This document shows, in pieces, positions 62,994 to 64,000 of a stretch of 64,000 nt of DNA (the stretch's first letter is position 1; the number at the start of each line of letters is the position of its first letter). The stretch comes from Girardia tigrina. Lineage: Eukaryota. A program made the position numbers and the translations under genes. The stretch is from contig MQRK01243963.1 in assembly GCA_001938485.1 (NCBI GenBank), positions 73,062 to 137,061 of the forward strand, written 5' to 3'. The notes under the pieces are model-generated. The model ran no database searches and was not told the DNA's origin. It saw nothing but the letters and a program-made list of their open reading frames with translations.

Positions 62994-63330
62994 CATCGCC
63001 AGTTCTGCTTACGAAAAGTGACCCACTAGGTATTTGTATTTGATGTACACCTCCAACAAAAATATTAAAGAGAGGCGCACTTCGAACCCATTTAAAGTTT
63101 GAGAATAAGTTGAGAACATTTCGCCCCCAATATTTCTAATCATTCGCTTTACCAGGTTAAACTACGGAATCATAAACGACAGGTATCCTGAGAGAAACTT
63201 CGGAAGGAACCAGCTACTAGATGGTTCGATTAGTCTTTCCCCCTATACTCAAGTCTGACGATCGATTTGCACATCAGAACCGCGGTGGTCCTCCATCAGA
63301 GTTTCAACTTCAACCTGCACAAGTATAGTT
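62994..63330 (-). pseudogene. Dispersed, degenerate 28S (LSU) rRNA fragment
   Basis: Reverse complement has conserved LSU blocks GAAAGACTAATCGAACCATCTAGTAGCTGGTTCCTTCCGAAGTTTC, CTATTCTCAAACTTTAAATGGGT-like and GTAAGCAGAACTGGCG, with substitutions and deletions. Confidence 0.93.
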
Positions 63331-64000
63331 TGTTCATAGTTATCTCACAAACAAAGGTTCATTAACAACATACTGTCAATTAATACTTAGTGGTACTTCC
63401 TTTTGCTTCAAGAACGACTCGAATTCGACTAGGCATGGATTTAACCAGACAGAGATTGTACTCCGGTATGAACTGCTGGACCCTTACCAGCAGCAATTTA
63501 TCAATAAGGCTTTGTTGACTCATTGGCCCTTACTTATTGACCTCCTTCTAAACAATGGCTCAATAGGGTTAATAAAGTTTGAAAATAGGGTTAAAATCTG
63601 GACATCAGCCTGGCCAAGGATGCAAAATAATGATATTTTTGAACGCCAGTCACTGTTTGATAATTCTAGCCAGCGGAAAGGTTCACCATCTTTTTGGAAA
63701 ACTGGCGATGTATCATTATAAGGGCAGCATGTCTTTTAATATCTTCGAGGTAAACATTTGAGTTGATTGTCGTACAGGCTGGCATTAGCCAAAGAGTGAA
63801 ATCCCCCCCGTGTGCTGAATGTTATCCCGAGAACACGACAGTTTTAGAATTCTTTACGCTTTTGATGGTGTATTGAGCGTTTTAACGTTACCCAGCGCGA
63901 CGAAACGACTGACAGTTGTAGCTGTAATATTTGCTCAGTATTTTCATCTGAAAAATTATTTTGTGTCAATCGTCTTTTATCCAAGCCGATATTTACGGAA
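63331..64000 (-). mobile_element. Degenerate Tc1-like transposon 3' part, continuing beyond the window
   Basis: VFQKDG, WPG*CPDFNPI, LVKSMPSRIRVVLEAKGSTTKY*. Confidence 0.85.

Overview
Very AT-rich animal genomic scaffold with three N gaps. Composition, short AT-rich introns and the TE mix suggest a triclad flatworm or similar, but this is inference only. One intact host gene was found: a five-exon Polycomb/CBX-class gene on the minus strand (CDS 30436-30353, 29617-29571, 27233-27168, 27112-26938, 16554-15004; 1923 nt, 640 aa; all introns GT-AG with matching phases). Its layout is unusual: the Pc/C-box is mid-protein and is followed by a ~290-aa tail with a WDR5-binding-like EEVDVV motif and a terminal CtBP-type PIDLS motif. 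The rest is mostly decayed TEs: mariner, Tc1, pogo/Tigger, hAT, a Harbinger MITE, Gypsy, RTE-like LINE, and several Penelope-like elements (PLEs) with minimal hammerhead ribozymes after their GIY-YIG domains. There are also orphan fragments of PSME4, 28S rRNA and a restriction-like endonuclease. A recurring pattern is unrelated payloads between 11-97 bp direct repeats, plus nearby inverted copies with stuttered junctions, which looks like templated-insertion repair scars. All calls come from manual reading; no database searches were run.
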